Assembly (NCBI GenBank): GCA_017465905.1
Contig: JAFTVE010000002.1
Location: 14,865 to 78,864, forward strand
Direction of reading: 5' to 3'
DNA from: Bacteroidaceae bacterium
Lineage (GTDB): Bacteria; Bacteroidota; Bacteroidia; Bacteroidales; Bacteroidaceae
Length of the DNA stretch: 64,000 bases
Shown here piece after piece: positions 53,028 to 61,926 of the stretch. The translations under genes were made by a program, and so were the position numbers. The notes below the pieces were generated by a model, which was not told the DNA's origin, made no database searches, and saw nothing but the letters and a program-made list of their open reading frames with translations. Every line of letters starts with the position of its first letter. The first letter of the stretch is position 1.

Positions 53028-55376
53028 CTACGGTTTGTCTATTCTGAGGACGGCCCCCTTAGAAACCTTGGTGCCAGCTTGCAATTCCACTCTATTGCCC
53101 ACCATATTCACAGTGCCACTATTGAAGGTAACATCACCCGTTGTACTCTTGTCCGTTACATTCCTTCCAGTTTTGATAATGTTTCCCGAATAGTTCTTAT
53201 CCTCACTGGTGGTCTCATTTTGAATATACACTGGATTATTAGATATATTTGTGATATAAGGGATGCAATCGTGTCGCGATATACAAATAATCACATCGTT
53301 GGACTCTGTTTGGTAGACAACATTGCTTCTATCATATGTGGCCACTTGCTGAGTTGAGGGTGTGTAGAACGATATGTGTGCTTCGCCATCCTTAACCTTA
53401 ACATATATAGAATTATTTATACGACACACTTCAGGTATTTGTATGTTTGTTGGACAACTTGTGTAGATTTGCATGCTAGGGTCACCGAATAGATGGAATA
53501 ATTCACGGGTATATTCAGCTCCAGATGTTCGCGTTGAACCCCATGTTTCTTTCATTCGCACCATGCCTACTTCTAGAATTTGTCCCAATTCATAAGTTGG
53601 GGATGGCGTAGGAGTAACTCCTATACCATTTGAAGATGAGGGAAAAATAGAACGCAAACCTGGTTCAGGCCATATTGCATCGAACATACCAGTTGCCAAG
53701 GCATCATTATATCCAGAATAACTAATCCCTGTCGCTGCATATATAGCAACACAGCCACCGTTAACATGCTTCAAAAAAGCTTCAGCAAAACAATCGATAG
53801 TTGACGATACATGATATCTTCCTGTATTACAGTTTACACTAAACACTACAGGAAGTTTGTCTGAATTTATTAAATTAGGGATGTGATTAATCTCAAAGGC
53901 TGGCTCTTCCCAACCATAAAAGGTGCCATGGTCTCTATGTAGCACATAAAAGGCTCCTTCATTTATATAATTGGCAATATCGGTACTACTGCCATTCCAT
54001 GGAAACTCGGGCTTACGTAAATAACTAGGAATAGGTTCGCCTGAACTATATATTCCATTATTCCAAAAAAGAGGAGTAGTCTCGCTTTTTGTGAAGTAAA
54101 CTCTGTTTACCGTTTTCCCTTGACTTCTCACATATTGAAGGACCTCTTCTACTGTTTGAGCAAATCGTCTATCAGCGTAGGTGTCAGGAAGGATGACAAA
54201 ATCATCGATTTTTATTGTATCATCCTGAAAATACGCACAATTAAGTCCTGTATTATAAAAAGAAGTATCCAATGTGGGGTTTCCTTCATAGGAACGTATT
54301 TTGTCGAATACAACTTCTGCCTCAGAAGTGTTATCGGTTGGTATTCGCCCATAATAAATATCCGGCACATAATCATTAGCCCCATCTATGCAAGCGTAAT
54401 GCAAATCTGTAACGCATTCACTATCCGAATAAGAAGAACTAATTGCAGGAACAATATTCTCATCTCCAACGATAAGTAAATAATAAAGATTGTTGTTAGG
54501 GGCATTATAGTAGTTAGATACAGTATCTTTAACCGCCTGTATACTCCAATTATCATTTACCGCGATAAAGGTTCGGAAGCCCAATGTACGTTTCCACTCG
54601 GCAAATTCTTCAACAGCAGGGCTTAATGCGGAATTAGTAATAATCAGATAGTCTCGGGTCGATTGTTCTGCATCCGTTGTTTCTGATATGCATCGAACTT
54701 GATTTGTTGTTGATGGTGGGTTTATTGTCGCCAATGACAAATAATTGTCATTGATGTCAACAGCAGATGTGGCTCCATTACTTCGAGATGATGCAATGAA
54801 GGTAATTTTATATTTAATCATCTTGTATGCCCTAACAATCTGTAGCTTGTAATCATACTGCAATGGAGATATGCCCACATCTAGCAAAGGTACTCCTCTG
54901 TAAGCATTACCTTCAAAACTCTCGATTAAAGACGCTGGAAAAAAACCGTCATACGATACTATCGGAAGAACTGTCTCCAATGTATGTCCTACTGTATCAC
55001 TATCTATCAATGCAGGACGAGCTGGTGCCAATTGCATTGGAAAATCAACATAGGATGAATCAAGTACCTCAATACTTATGCGCGTATTCTGTGGCAACGA
55101 AAACGAATCCCAACGGAAAGGAGTTGATGGTTCACCAACCGTTTCATTCAGACCGAAGCCTGGAATTCTCCATAAAACACAGTCATTATACAATAAATCT
55201 TGCTGTGTAACCGCGTTATCAAAATAATAGGTAACGATAATGCCGTCTTCCACTTGCTCAACATCTCTCTTCGGCATTGTAACCTCCGAATAGGTTATGC
55301 CATTTAGGGAAATGACCGTCTGTGCATTAGTCAATGCTGCTGTAATGAATAACAGCGTGCATAGAATTGTTCTCAT
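53028..55376 (-). CDS. peptidase C25 (gingipain-like cysteine peptidase) family protein
   Basis: YLLIVGDENIVPA, DIYYGRIP, VLHRDHGTFYGW (candidate catalytic His) and VVFSVNCNTGRY (candidate catalytic Cys). Has a signal peptide. No clear type A CTD at the C-terminus. Confidence 0.75.
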   Translation of the reverse strand: MRTILCTLLFITAALTNAQTVISLNGITYSEVTMPKRDVEQVEDGIIVTYYFDNAVTQQDLLYNDCVLWRIPGFGLNETVGEPSTPFRWDSFSLPQNTRISIEVLDSSYVDFPMQLAPARPALIDSDTVGHTLETVLPIVSYDGFFPASLIESFEGNAYRGVPLLDVGISPLQYDYKLQIVRAYKMIKYKITFIASSRSNGATSAVDINDNYLSLATINPPSTTNQVRCISETTDAEQSTRDYLIITNSALSPAVEEFAEWKRTLGFRTFIAVNDNWSIQAVKDTVSNYYNAPNNNLYYLLIVGDENIVPAISSSYSDSECVTDLHYACIDGANDYVPDIYYGRIPTDNTSEAEVVFDKIRSYEGNPTLDTSFYNTGLNCAYFQDDTIKIDDFVILPDTYADRRFAQTVEEVLQYVRSQGKTVNRVYFTKSETTPLFWNNGIYSSGEPIPSYLRKPEFPWNGSSTDIANYINEGAFYVLHRDHGTFYGWEEPAFEINHIPNLINSDKLPVVFSVNCNTGRYHVSSTIDCFAEAFLKHVNGGCVAIYAATGISYSGYNDALATGMFDAIWPEPGLRSIFPSSSNGIGVTPTPSPTYELGQILEVGMVRMKETWGSTRTSGAEYTRELFHLFGDPSMQIYTSCPTNIQIPEVCRINNSIYVKVKDGEAHISFYTPSTQQVATYDRSNVVYQTESNDVIICISRHDCIPYITNISNNPVYIQNETTSEDKNYSGNIIKTGRNVTDKSTTGDVTFNSGTVNMVGNRVELQAGTKVSKGAVLRIDKP

Positions 55377-55387
55377 GGCACACCCTC

Positions 55388-56698
55388 CTACTTTGTTAAT
55401 ATCATACGTTTGGTATCAATCACCTGCCCGTCGGCAATGAGAGCATAGAGATACATGCCGGCCTCCAGACTGCGACCTTCGATAGTGATATTTGTAGCAC
55501 CACGCTCGGTAATAGCATAGACTGTGATTTGCTTGCCGTTCATGTCATAAACATAAAGGTCTGCCTTTATCACCTCCTCAGCTACATCGCACTGAATGAG
55601 TGTGCTTTCTGTAAACGGATTGGGGGTGTTCTGATAAAGAGTGGTGACGATGGCATCCATATCTGTAGCCTCCTCATCGGTCGAACGAGTCTGAGCTTTT
55701 TGAATAGGAGCATTGCTCCCCTTAGTAGCATCCAACTCTGATTTCAACTCTTGCACAGAACGGATAAGCAACGGGATAATCTCCAAATAATTGATGGCTA
55801 GATACCCATCTTGGCTTTCTATTACAAGGTCTGGATAGATTTTTTGCAGTTCTTGTGCAATAAGGCCATAATGCTTGTTCTTTATAATGGGAGAGCCTTC
55901 TTCAAACCAGCGTGCTTTCACTTCTGTGGATTTTTCATGCAGATTCATAGTGGCGATGGTAGAGTCTTGTTCTAACAATTCAGCCTCCATTTGCTCCTCT
56001 TCGTCAAGTTCGGACTTGCTGACCTCGTACTCACGTTGCTTGTTGTTGAACTCCACGACATTCATACTCATTAACTTGCCCAAACAGCCATCCGTTGAAG
56101 AAAGGGAACGCACATTCTCTTTTAAGCGATAGTCTGAGCTAGTCACTACTGCACCAGCTGTTAGAGTTCCTGTAACGCGAGTATCACCATAAAAGTAGCC
56201 AGCATAGCGACCTTCTATTGTGGGGAGAATTGTATTGGTACTATTACCCAAAATTGCTGATCCATAATAATTGTTCTCACTGGATGATATGCCATTTAGA
56301 ATTCCCACTATTCCATAGTTACGTTTGTTTAACGAAACTCCTGATTTTCCATAGACACCAACCGTGGCATAACAATCACTACCTGATGTTATCGAAGAAT
56401 GAAAGCCATATACGGAACGAGTATTGAAGAGTGCGCTGATATTCGCTCGTATTCCATGGTAAAGATTGTTTTCCATAGCTTTTCCGTATATATATAGACT
56501 ATACACGGCGTCCTTGGGAGTATCTATTGATACTGTAGCATTAGCATGACCAGTGCCATTGATTGATAGTTCTGATATAAGAGTGTCATTCGTTTCTATA
56601 CCTACTCCCGTTCTTCCATTTTCATCTACTATTAACTGCGCATTGGCCACGCCAAAACATGATGCTATTATAAGCATCGAAAAAAGAATTTTTTTCAT
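55388..56698 (-). CDS. tail-fibre-like protein with peptidase S74 (intramolecular chaperone) domain and T9SS C-terminal sorting domain
   Basis: SSDYRLKENV...HYGLIAQELQKIYPDLV...INYLEIIPLLIRSVQEL matches the S74 chaperone domain. C-terminus NPFTESTLI...AGMYLYALIADGQVIDTKRMILTK is a type A CTD. Confidence 0.75.
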   Translation of the reverse strand: MKKILFSMLIIASCFGVANAQLIVDENGRTGVGIETNDTLISELSINGTGHANATVSIDTPKDAVYSLYIYGKAMENNLYHGIRANISALFNTRSVYGFHSSITSGSDCYATVGVYGKSGVSLNKRNYGIVGILNGISSSENNYYGSAILGNSTNTILPTIEGRYAGYFYGDTRVTGTLTAGAVVTSSDYRLKENVRSLSSTDGCLGKLMSMNVVEFNNKQREYEVSKSELDEEEQMEAELLEQDSTIATMNLHEKSTEVKARWFEEGSPIIKNKHYGLIAQELQKIYPDLVIESQDGYLAINYLEIIPLLIRSVQELKSELDATKGSNAPIQKAQTRSTDEEATDMDAIVTTLYQNTPNPFTESTLIQCDVAEEVIKADLYVYDMNGKQITVYAITERGATNITIEGRSLEAGMYLYALIADGQVIDTKRMILTK

Positions 56699-56750
56699 AA
56701 TTCTGTGTGTTTTTTAATTATTTAATTGGTTACTGAGTCGTTTTACTTTA

Positions 56751-56786
56751 ATCCCCCATTTCCCCGAATTCGGGGAAATGGGGGAT
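56751..56786. repeat. perfect 36-bp palindrome centred on GAATTC
   Basis: ATCCCCCATTTCCCCGAATTCGGGGAAATGGGGGAT, located 8 nt downstream of the DUF3244 stop and 53 nt upstream of the S74-protein start. Confidence 0.9.
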
Positions 56787-56793
56787 ATAGGGG

Positions 56794-57138
56794 CTAGTCT
56801 ATGACATTGAATTCTCCCACATAAGTGTTATCGCCTTGCTTTATCTCTAATTGGTATTCACCATCAGGAAGCGAGGGTAAATTAATCACGACTAGACCGC
56901 TTGTGAACGAGCCGTTATACACTACAACTTGTGTGCCTTGACTAATGACCGTAATTTGCGATGCGGTAGCTTCACTAAACTCGATGGTTAATACTTGGCC
57001 GTCAATGGAAGCGGTAGGTAACTGGACTTCACTACGCTCATGTGGTCGTTTTTTCTTTTCTATCTTAATAGGTTTAGCTTCTGCAAACCCCGATAGCATG
57101 CAACAAAGCAACGCCAATAACATAAATACCTTTTTCAT
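56794..57138 (-). CDS. DUF3244-like small secreted protein
   Basis: 114 aa with a signal peptide. LTIEFSE...ITVISQGTQVVY...LPDGEYQLEI...YVGEFNV fits the DUF3244 pattern. -7 box at 57164-57171. Confidence 0.6.
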   Translation of the reverse strand: MKKVFMLLALLCCMLSGFAEAKPIKIEKKKRPHERSEVQLPTASIDGQVLTIEFSEATASQITVISQGTQVVVYNGSFTSGLVVINLPSLPDGEYQLEIKQGDNTYVGEFNVID

Positions 57139-57163
57139 ACTGATTAGTTTTATCGTTTTCGCT

Positions 57164-57171
57164 ACAAATAT
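57164..57171 (-). promoter_or_regulatory. -7 box TAtaTTTG for the DUF3244 gene
   Basis: Plus strand CAAATATA, 26 nt upstream of the ATG at 57138. Confidence 0.5.
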
Positions 57172-57202
57172 ATAGCGGAAACAATATTTCAGGCGAAAAA
57201 AG

Positions 57203-57223
57203 ATAGTGACAAAATAGTGACAA
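57203..57223. promoter_or_regulatory. tandem direct repeat ATAGTGACAA x2 (11-bp period) upstream of the DUF3244 promoter
   Basis: ATAGTGACAAaATAGTGACAA lies 32-59 nt upstream of the -7 box at 57164-57171. It is bracketed by GGCGAAA (57192-57198) and TTTCGCC (57233-57239). Confidence 0.4.
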
Positions 57224-57293
57224 TTTCACGGATTTCGCCCCTGATAGAAATAGGGTGTGTGGTAAAGATTTGTAATACAGGGTGTTATAAAGC

Positions 57294-58925
57294 TTAAGCA
57301 AAAATGCTGAAAATATCCGCAGGGAGCTTGCTTGAAAGGCGCTTCTTGCGCTGGTTCACCACATTGTCGGAAGAGGCGGCCAAGCATTCGCGAATAACAC
57401 CGGTGGAATAGCCCAATGCGAGATAGAGGAAAAGATGGATATCTTCGGTGCTGAGTTTGCTACCGCTTCTCATTGCTTCATCGCGTAAGTTGGTGATGAC
57501 GGTGACGAAGCAGCGCTCGAGTGCTTCGGCCAGTTGCTCGCGCTCTAGAATTGTAAGGGGGGGTATATCCTTGCTGCGCTGCTCGCTCAGTTTCCGTAAT
57601 CGTGAGGCCCACTCCTCCTTGCTCCAGAGTGTGACACTTGCTGTGAGGTTTGCCCGATAGAGAGCAAGCATCGGGGCACGCTCCAGCGTTCCATTATCGC
57701 GCTTCGCTTCGATGGATTCGTACATTTTGTAGATTCGCGCCTGATTGCGCTGTAGCTCTTGCTGCAAACGAAGATAATGCTGCTTGCGACGTTGCTCAAT
57801 AGAGAGGGATACTATTACAATAACCGCAACTATGCATACAAGCGTCAACAGCATATTATAAAGTGATCTTCGGTGACGTTCCGATAATTCACGCTGCTGT
57901 AACTCCATTTGGTGTGCTGTATGTATCTCGTCAATTTCGGTGCGGCGCTCTATGCGGTTGATGGAGTCGGACATCTGTTCGAAGCGCTTGACGTAACTAT
58001 AGAGTTCGGGCTGTACTATGGAGTCTAAGGTCAGGTATAGTAGGTTGCGGGCACAATTGTATTGGAGGTATACCTCATCATCTCCCTGCATAGCCATCTC
58101 ATAGTAATACTTGGCGGTATCGTTGTTCCCATAAGACTCAGCCATGTTCCCTTTAAACCAATAGGTCCCATCGACCTCTTCACCTCCATACAATGCTATC
58201 AGTTGGTCAAAGTACATATTGGCCTTATCGTAGTCTTTGGAGAAAGCATACTCAATCTTGCCCAAGTCAAAAAGCACAGTCTCCAAACTGAGCGTATCCA
58301 TCTCGGTACGATGCAGTAACAGTCCCTCCAATATCTCGCGAGCTTGCTTAGGTTGTTTCTTATGGATATAAGCCTGGGCCAATCCTATATCGGCATACAA
58401 ATGCGCATCACCCTCTGTTATATTATGGTATGCTGTATATGCTGCCAGTGCTTCATCGGACATATCTTTATTCAGATAGTGTCGTCCAAGATTCTGATAA
58501 CATAGCCCATAATATCGTGCCGTAGTATCAGGGAAGAGGCTTTGTGCCTGTAGATAGGCCTCCACGGCCGGTGCATCGCGCCTCAGCTCGGTATACACGC
58601 ACCCCAAGGAGTACCAGGCCATAGCTGCGCGATAGCTTTTCCTATTCCTATTATAATAGTCGGTGGCATGGCGGATGAGGGTGTCGGTAGTGAGCGGTAC
58701 GTAGCACTTATAGTCGGCCTGCGTGCGCAGTATGGCATAGAGTGCCCGCTCCTCATCGCCGAGCGAGGCGAGGGGGATGCTGTCGAGCGCGAGGCGCACG
58801 GCCTCGGGCGCGGTATCAAGCTGCGCCTCCAAGCGCTCCAGCTGGCGCATGTGGCCATGCCCGCCACCCCCCCCCATGCAGAGGGTGGCGAGAAGGAGGG
58901 TGTATAGTATGGCGCGGAGCTTCAT
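57294..58925 (-). CDS. TPR-repeat, single-TM putative transcriptional regulator with C-terminal HTH-like region
   Basis: N-terminal signal, TPR-like repeats, TM LYNMLLTLVCIVAVIVIVSLSI, coiled coil, and C-terminal LSTEDIHLFLYLALGYSTGVIRECL. It resembles Bacteroidales DUF6377-type regulators, but this is from memory. Confidence 0.6.
   Translation of the reverse strand: MKLRAILYTLLLATLCMGGGGGHGHMRQLERLEAQLDTAPEAVRLALDSIPLASLGDEERALYAILRTQADYKCYVPLTTDTLIRHATDYYNRNRKSYRAAMAWYSLGCVYTELRRDAPAVEAYLQAQSLFPDTTARYYGLCYQNLGRHYLNKDMSDEALAAYTAYHNITEGDAHLYADIGLAQAYIHKKQPKQAREILEGLLLHRTEMDTLSLETVLFDLGKIEYAFSKDYDKANMYFDQLIALYGGEEVDGTYWFKGNMAESYGNNDTAKYYYEMAMQGDDEVYLQYNCARNLLYLTLDSIVQPELYSYVKRFEQMSDSINRIERRTEIDEIHTAHQMELQQRELSERHRRSLYNMLLTLVCIVAVIVIVSLSIEQRRKQHYLRLQQELQRNQARIYKMYESIEAKRDNGTLERAPMLALYRANLTASVTLWSKEEWASRLRKLSEQRSKDIPPLTILEREQLAEALERCFVTVITNLRDEAMRSGSKLSTEDIHLFLYLALGYSTGVIRECLAASSDNVVNQRKKRLSSKLPADIFSIFA
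58867..58875 (-). repeat. G9 homopolymer tract (coding strand) in codons 17-20 of the TPR regulator gene
   Basis: Plus strand has CCCCCCCCC at 58867-58875. The coding strand reads ATG GGG GGG GGT GGC GGG, encoding MGGGGG. Confidence 0.9.
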
Positions 58926-59001
58926 AAACGCGTGCTCTTATTCATTGCCGCGAGGATAGGCATAAATCATGATACTACAAATAAAATCCAAGCAGATTCA
59001 T

Positions 59002-59042
59002 AAAAAGATAGCGGCACTGGCTATGAAAGCCGGTGCCGCTAT
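59002..59042 (-). terminator. terminator after asd
   Basis: ATAGCGGCAC...GTGCCGCTAT hairpin, followed on the minus strand by CTTTTTAT. Confidence 0.65.
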
Positions 59043-59090
59043 GATGAATCGCCTTGTTGCGTGATTTGCTTGATGCCAAGCTATGTGCGG

Positions 59091-60101
59091 TTACTTCACC
59101 ACACCCTCGGCTACGAGGTATTCGGCTATCTGCACGGCGTTGAGGGCTGCGCCTTTCTTGATTTGGTCACCTACAATCCAGAAGGTGAGTCCGTTGTCGT
59201 TGGTGAGGTCCTTGCGGATGCGGCCTACGTATACGGGGTCTTTGCCGGCAAGGAAGAGGGGCATGGGGTATTCCTTCTCGGCGGGGTTGTCCATGAGCAC
59301 GAGACCATCGCCAGCAGCAAAGGCTTCGCGGGCTTCCTCCACGCTGATGGGGCGCTCGGTCTCGAGCCAGATGCTCTCGGAGTGTGAACGCAGGGCGGGC
59401 ACACGTACGCAAGTGGCGCTGACGCGGATGTCGGAGTGCATGATCTTCTTTGTCTCGTGATACATCTTCATCTCCTCCTTGGTGTAGCCGTTGTCGGTGA
59501 ACACGTCGATCTGGGGGATGAGGTTGAAGGCGAGCTGGTAGGCAAACTTCTCTACGGTCACAGGCTCATCGGCCAATACCTGACGGTACTGCTCGTAGAG
59601 CTCGGCCATGGCTGCTGCACCGGCGCCACTGGCAGCCTGGTAGGTCGACACGTGGACGGTCTTGATATGTGAGAGCTGCTCGATGGCTTTCAGGGCAACG
59701 ACCATCTGTATGGTGGTGCAGTTGGGGTTGGCGATGATGCCGCGCGGACGGGTGAGCGCATCGGCTGCATTCACCTCGGGCACTACGAGGGGTACATCCT
59801 CGTCCATACGGAAGGCGCTGCTGTTGTCGATCATGATGGCGCCATGCTTGGTGATGGTATCGGCATACTCCTTGGAGGTGCCGGCACCAGCCGATGTGAA
59901 GGCTATGTCAATGTCTTTGAAGTCGTCGTTGTGTTGCAGCAACTTGACAGTAATCTCCTTGCCGCGGAAGGTATAGGTACTACCGGCACTGCGGGGCGAA
60001 CCGAACAGCACCAATTCGTCGATGGGGAAGTTTCTCTCTTCGAGCACGCGGAGGAACTCCTGTCCTACAGCTCCGCTGGCTCCTACAATAGCTACTTTCA
60101 T
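59091..60101 (-). CDS. asd: aspartate-semialdehyde dehydrogenase
   Basis: [23 protein letters not shown] (active-site Cys) and full-length Asd similarity. Confidence 0.93.
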   Translation of the reverse strand: MKVAIVGASGAVGQEFLRVLEERNFPIDELVLFGSPRSAGSTYTFRGKEITVKLLQHNDDFKDIDIAFTSAGAGTSKEYADTITKHGAIMIDNSSAFRMDEDVPLVVPEVNAADALTRPRGIIANPNCTTIQMVVALKAIEQLSHIKTVHVSTYQAASGAGAAAMAELYEQYRQVLADEPVTVEKFAYQLAFNLIPQIDVFTDNGYTKEEMKMYHETKKIMHSDIRVSATCVRVPALRSHSESIWLETERPISVEEAREAFAAGDGLVLMDNPAEKEYPMPLFLAGKDPVYVGRIRKDLTNDNGLTFWIVGDQIKKGAALNAVQIAEYLVAEGVVK

Positions 60102-60199
60102 TCGTTTGAGTTATTAATTATGAATATTGCGTGCAAAAATACTATATTTTTATGAAATATTCTCTATTTATGCCTTGTAAACCACTTGATACTCCTTAT

Positions 60200-61393
60200 T
60201 TATGCCAACATGGCTTCGGCAAGAGCCTCCATAGCAGGTTGGTCGGTGGGCTTCATGGTGGAGCGGATGGTGACGATGGGCTCTGCAAGCTCAAGCTCTT
60301 TCATCTGCGTGAGCATCTCCTTCATCACACGTCCTGCGGTGGGTGCCCACGAGCCGTTCTCGATGATGCCTACGCGGCGGTGCTGATACCCCTTGAGCTG
60401 CAGGTGGTGGAGGAAGTCGTACATCGGGGGGAATACTGAGGCATCGTACGATGAGGCGGCTACGATGAGCCGTTTGTGGCGGAAGGCCTCGGCTACGGCT
60501 GCCGACATGTCGCTACGGCTGAGCTCGATGACCGTGACCTCTGAGGCTCCCCTGGCACGGAGAAGGTCGGCCATGTGGTGGGCTGCCCTGCCGGTGCCGC
60601 CATGGATGGTGGCGTAGGCGATGAGCACACCGTCGGTCTCGGCCTCGTAGCGGCTCCAGCGGTCGTACATACTGATGTAGTGGTCGAGGTCGGCTGTCAG
60701 CACAGGCCCATGGAGGGGGCAGATGGTGGCGATGTCGAGTGCCGAGAACTTCTTGAGCAGTGTCTGCACCGGAGCACCATACTTGCCGCAGATGTTGTAG
60801 TAGTAGCGGCGTGCCTCGTCGGGCCAGGCAGGGCTGCTGGTGGCGCTATCGGCGATGATGGCTCCACGCAGTGCACCAAAGGTGCCGAAGGCATCGGCCG
60901 AGAAGATAACCCGCGCAGCCTGATCGTAGGTGACCATCACCTCGGGCCAGTGCACCATGGGGGCCATCACAAACTGCAGGGTGTGGTGGCCGAGGCTGAG
61001 CGTGTCGCCCTCCTTCACGGCTATCGTGCGCTGGGCAAAGTCGGTGGTGCCAAAGAACTGTGGCAGCATCTGCACCGCACGTGCTGAAGCTACTACTTGC
61101 AGTCCGGGGTAGCGCTCTACGGCTTCGGCAATGGTGCCTGTATGGTCGGGCTCCATGTGCTGTACGATGAGGTAGTCGGGAGTGCGCCCATCGAGCAGGT
61201 GCTCTATGTTGCTCCACCAAGCTGCACTCTCGCGACGGTCTACGGTGTCCATGATGGCAATCTTCTCATCCATGATAAGGTATGAGTTGTAGGAGATGCC
61301 ATCGGGCACAGGGTACTGGCTCTCGAAGAGGTCAATATTGGTGTCGTCAACACCGATGTAGTGTATGGTCTCAGTAATATTGGTTCCTTTCAT
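60200..61393 (-). CDS. FprA-family flavodiiron protein (rubredoxin:oxygen/NO oxidoreductase type)
   Basis: Metallo-beta-lactamase-like HMEPDHTG di-iron motif plus a C-terminal flavodoxin-like domain. Start set at MKGTNITE because of the -7 box at 61424-61431. Confidence 0.85.
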   Translation of the reverse strand: MKGTNITETIHYIGVDDTNIDLFESQYPVPDGISYNSYLIMDEKIAIMDTVDRRESAAWWSNIEHLLDGRTPDYLIVQHMEPDHTGTIAEAVERYPGLQVVASARAVQMLPQFFGTTDFAQRTIAVKEGDTLSLGHHTLQFVMAPMVHWPEVMVTYDQAARVIFSADAFGTFGALRGAIIADSATSSPAWPDEARRYYYNICGKYGAPVQTLLKKFSALDIATICPLHGPVLTADLDHYISMYDRWSRYEAETDGVLIAYATIHGGTGRAAHHMADLLRARGASEVTVIELSRSDMSAAVAEAFRHKRLIVAASSYDASVFPPMYDFLHHLQLKGYQHRRVGIIENGSWAPTAGRVMKEMLTQMKELELAEPIVTIRSTMKPTDQPAMEALAEAMLA

Positions 61394-61423
61394 CTTATGG
61401 TCATTTTGTATGATAATCGGGTG

Positions 61424-61431
61424 CAAAGGTA
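61424..61431 (-). promoter_or_regulatory. -7 box TAccTTTG for the flavodiiron gene
   Basis: Plus strand CAAAGGTA, 31 nt upstream of the ATG at 61393. Confidence 0.5.
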
Positions 61432-61550
61432 ATGCTTTTTCTTGGGAATGGACTTACTACGCCCGTTGTTGCAATAAACTTTAACGGTTTTTTCAGCTTG
61501 TCAAGAGCAGTGCACTCAATTGTGTATAATAAAGGGGAGTAGCCCTAAGG

Positions 61551-61718
61551 CTACTCCTCCACGATTTCGAACATGTCTTTTGTTACGCCACAGACAGGGC
61601 AGGCCCAGTCGTCGGGGATGTCTTCAAACTTGGTTCCTGGCGCAATGCCGCTATCGGGGTCACCTACTGCTGGGTCGTATACCCAATCACATACTGTGCA
61701 ATAATACTTCGTTGTCAT
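61551..61718 (-). CDS. rubredoxin
   Basis: Not in the ORF track (55 aa). My translation is [55 protein letters not shown], with two CxxC pairs. -7 box at 61782-61789. Confidence 0.85.
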   Translation of the reverse strand: MTTKYYCTVCDWVYDPAVGDPDSGIAPGTKFEDIPDDWACPVCGVTKDMFEIVEE

Positions 61719-61865
61719 AGTTATCTTTTTTTTTAATTGTTACGTACTTCTTTTATGTTTGTTTATCATCTTTTGACAGTGCAAAGATAGAGCATAAATA
61801 CATATCGGCCAACAGACCTTGACTATGAAGAGATAGGGCTTGCCTATAATGTCGTCTGAGTAAAG

Positions 61866-61904
61866 AAAAAAAAAGCGGTACAGGCTGCGAGAGCTTGTAC
61901 CGCT
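61866..61904 (-). terminator. terminator after the aminopeptidase gene
   Basis: AGCGGTACA.GC...GC.TGTACCGCT hairpin, followed on the minus strand by a T9 run. Confidence 0.7.
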
Positions 61905-61926
61905 ATTATGTGTAGTAATGTTCGGA

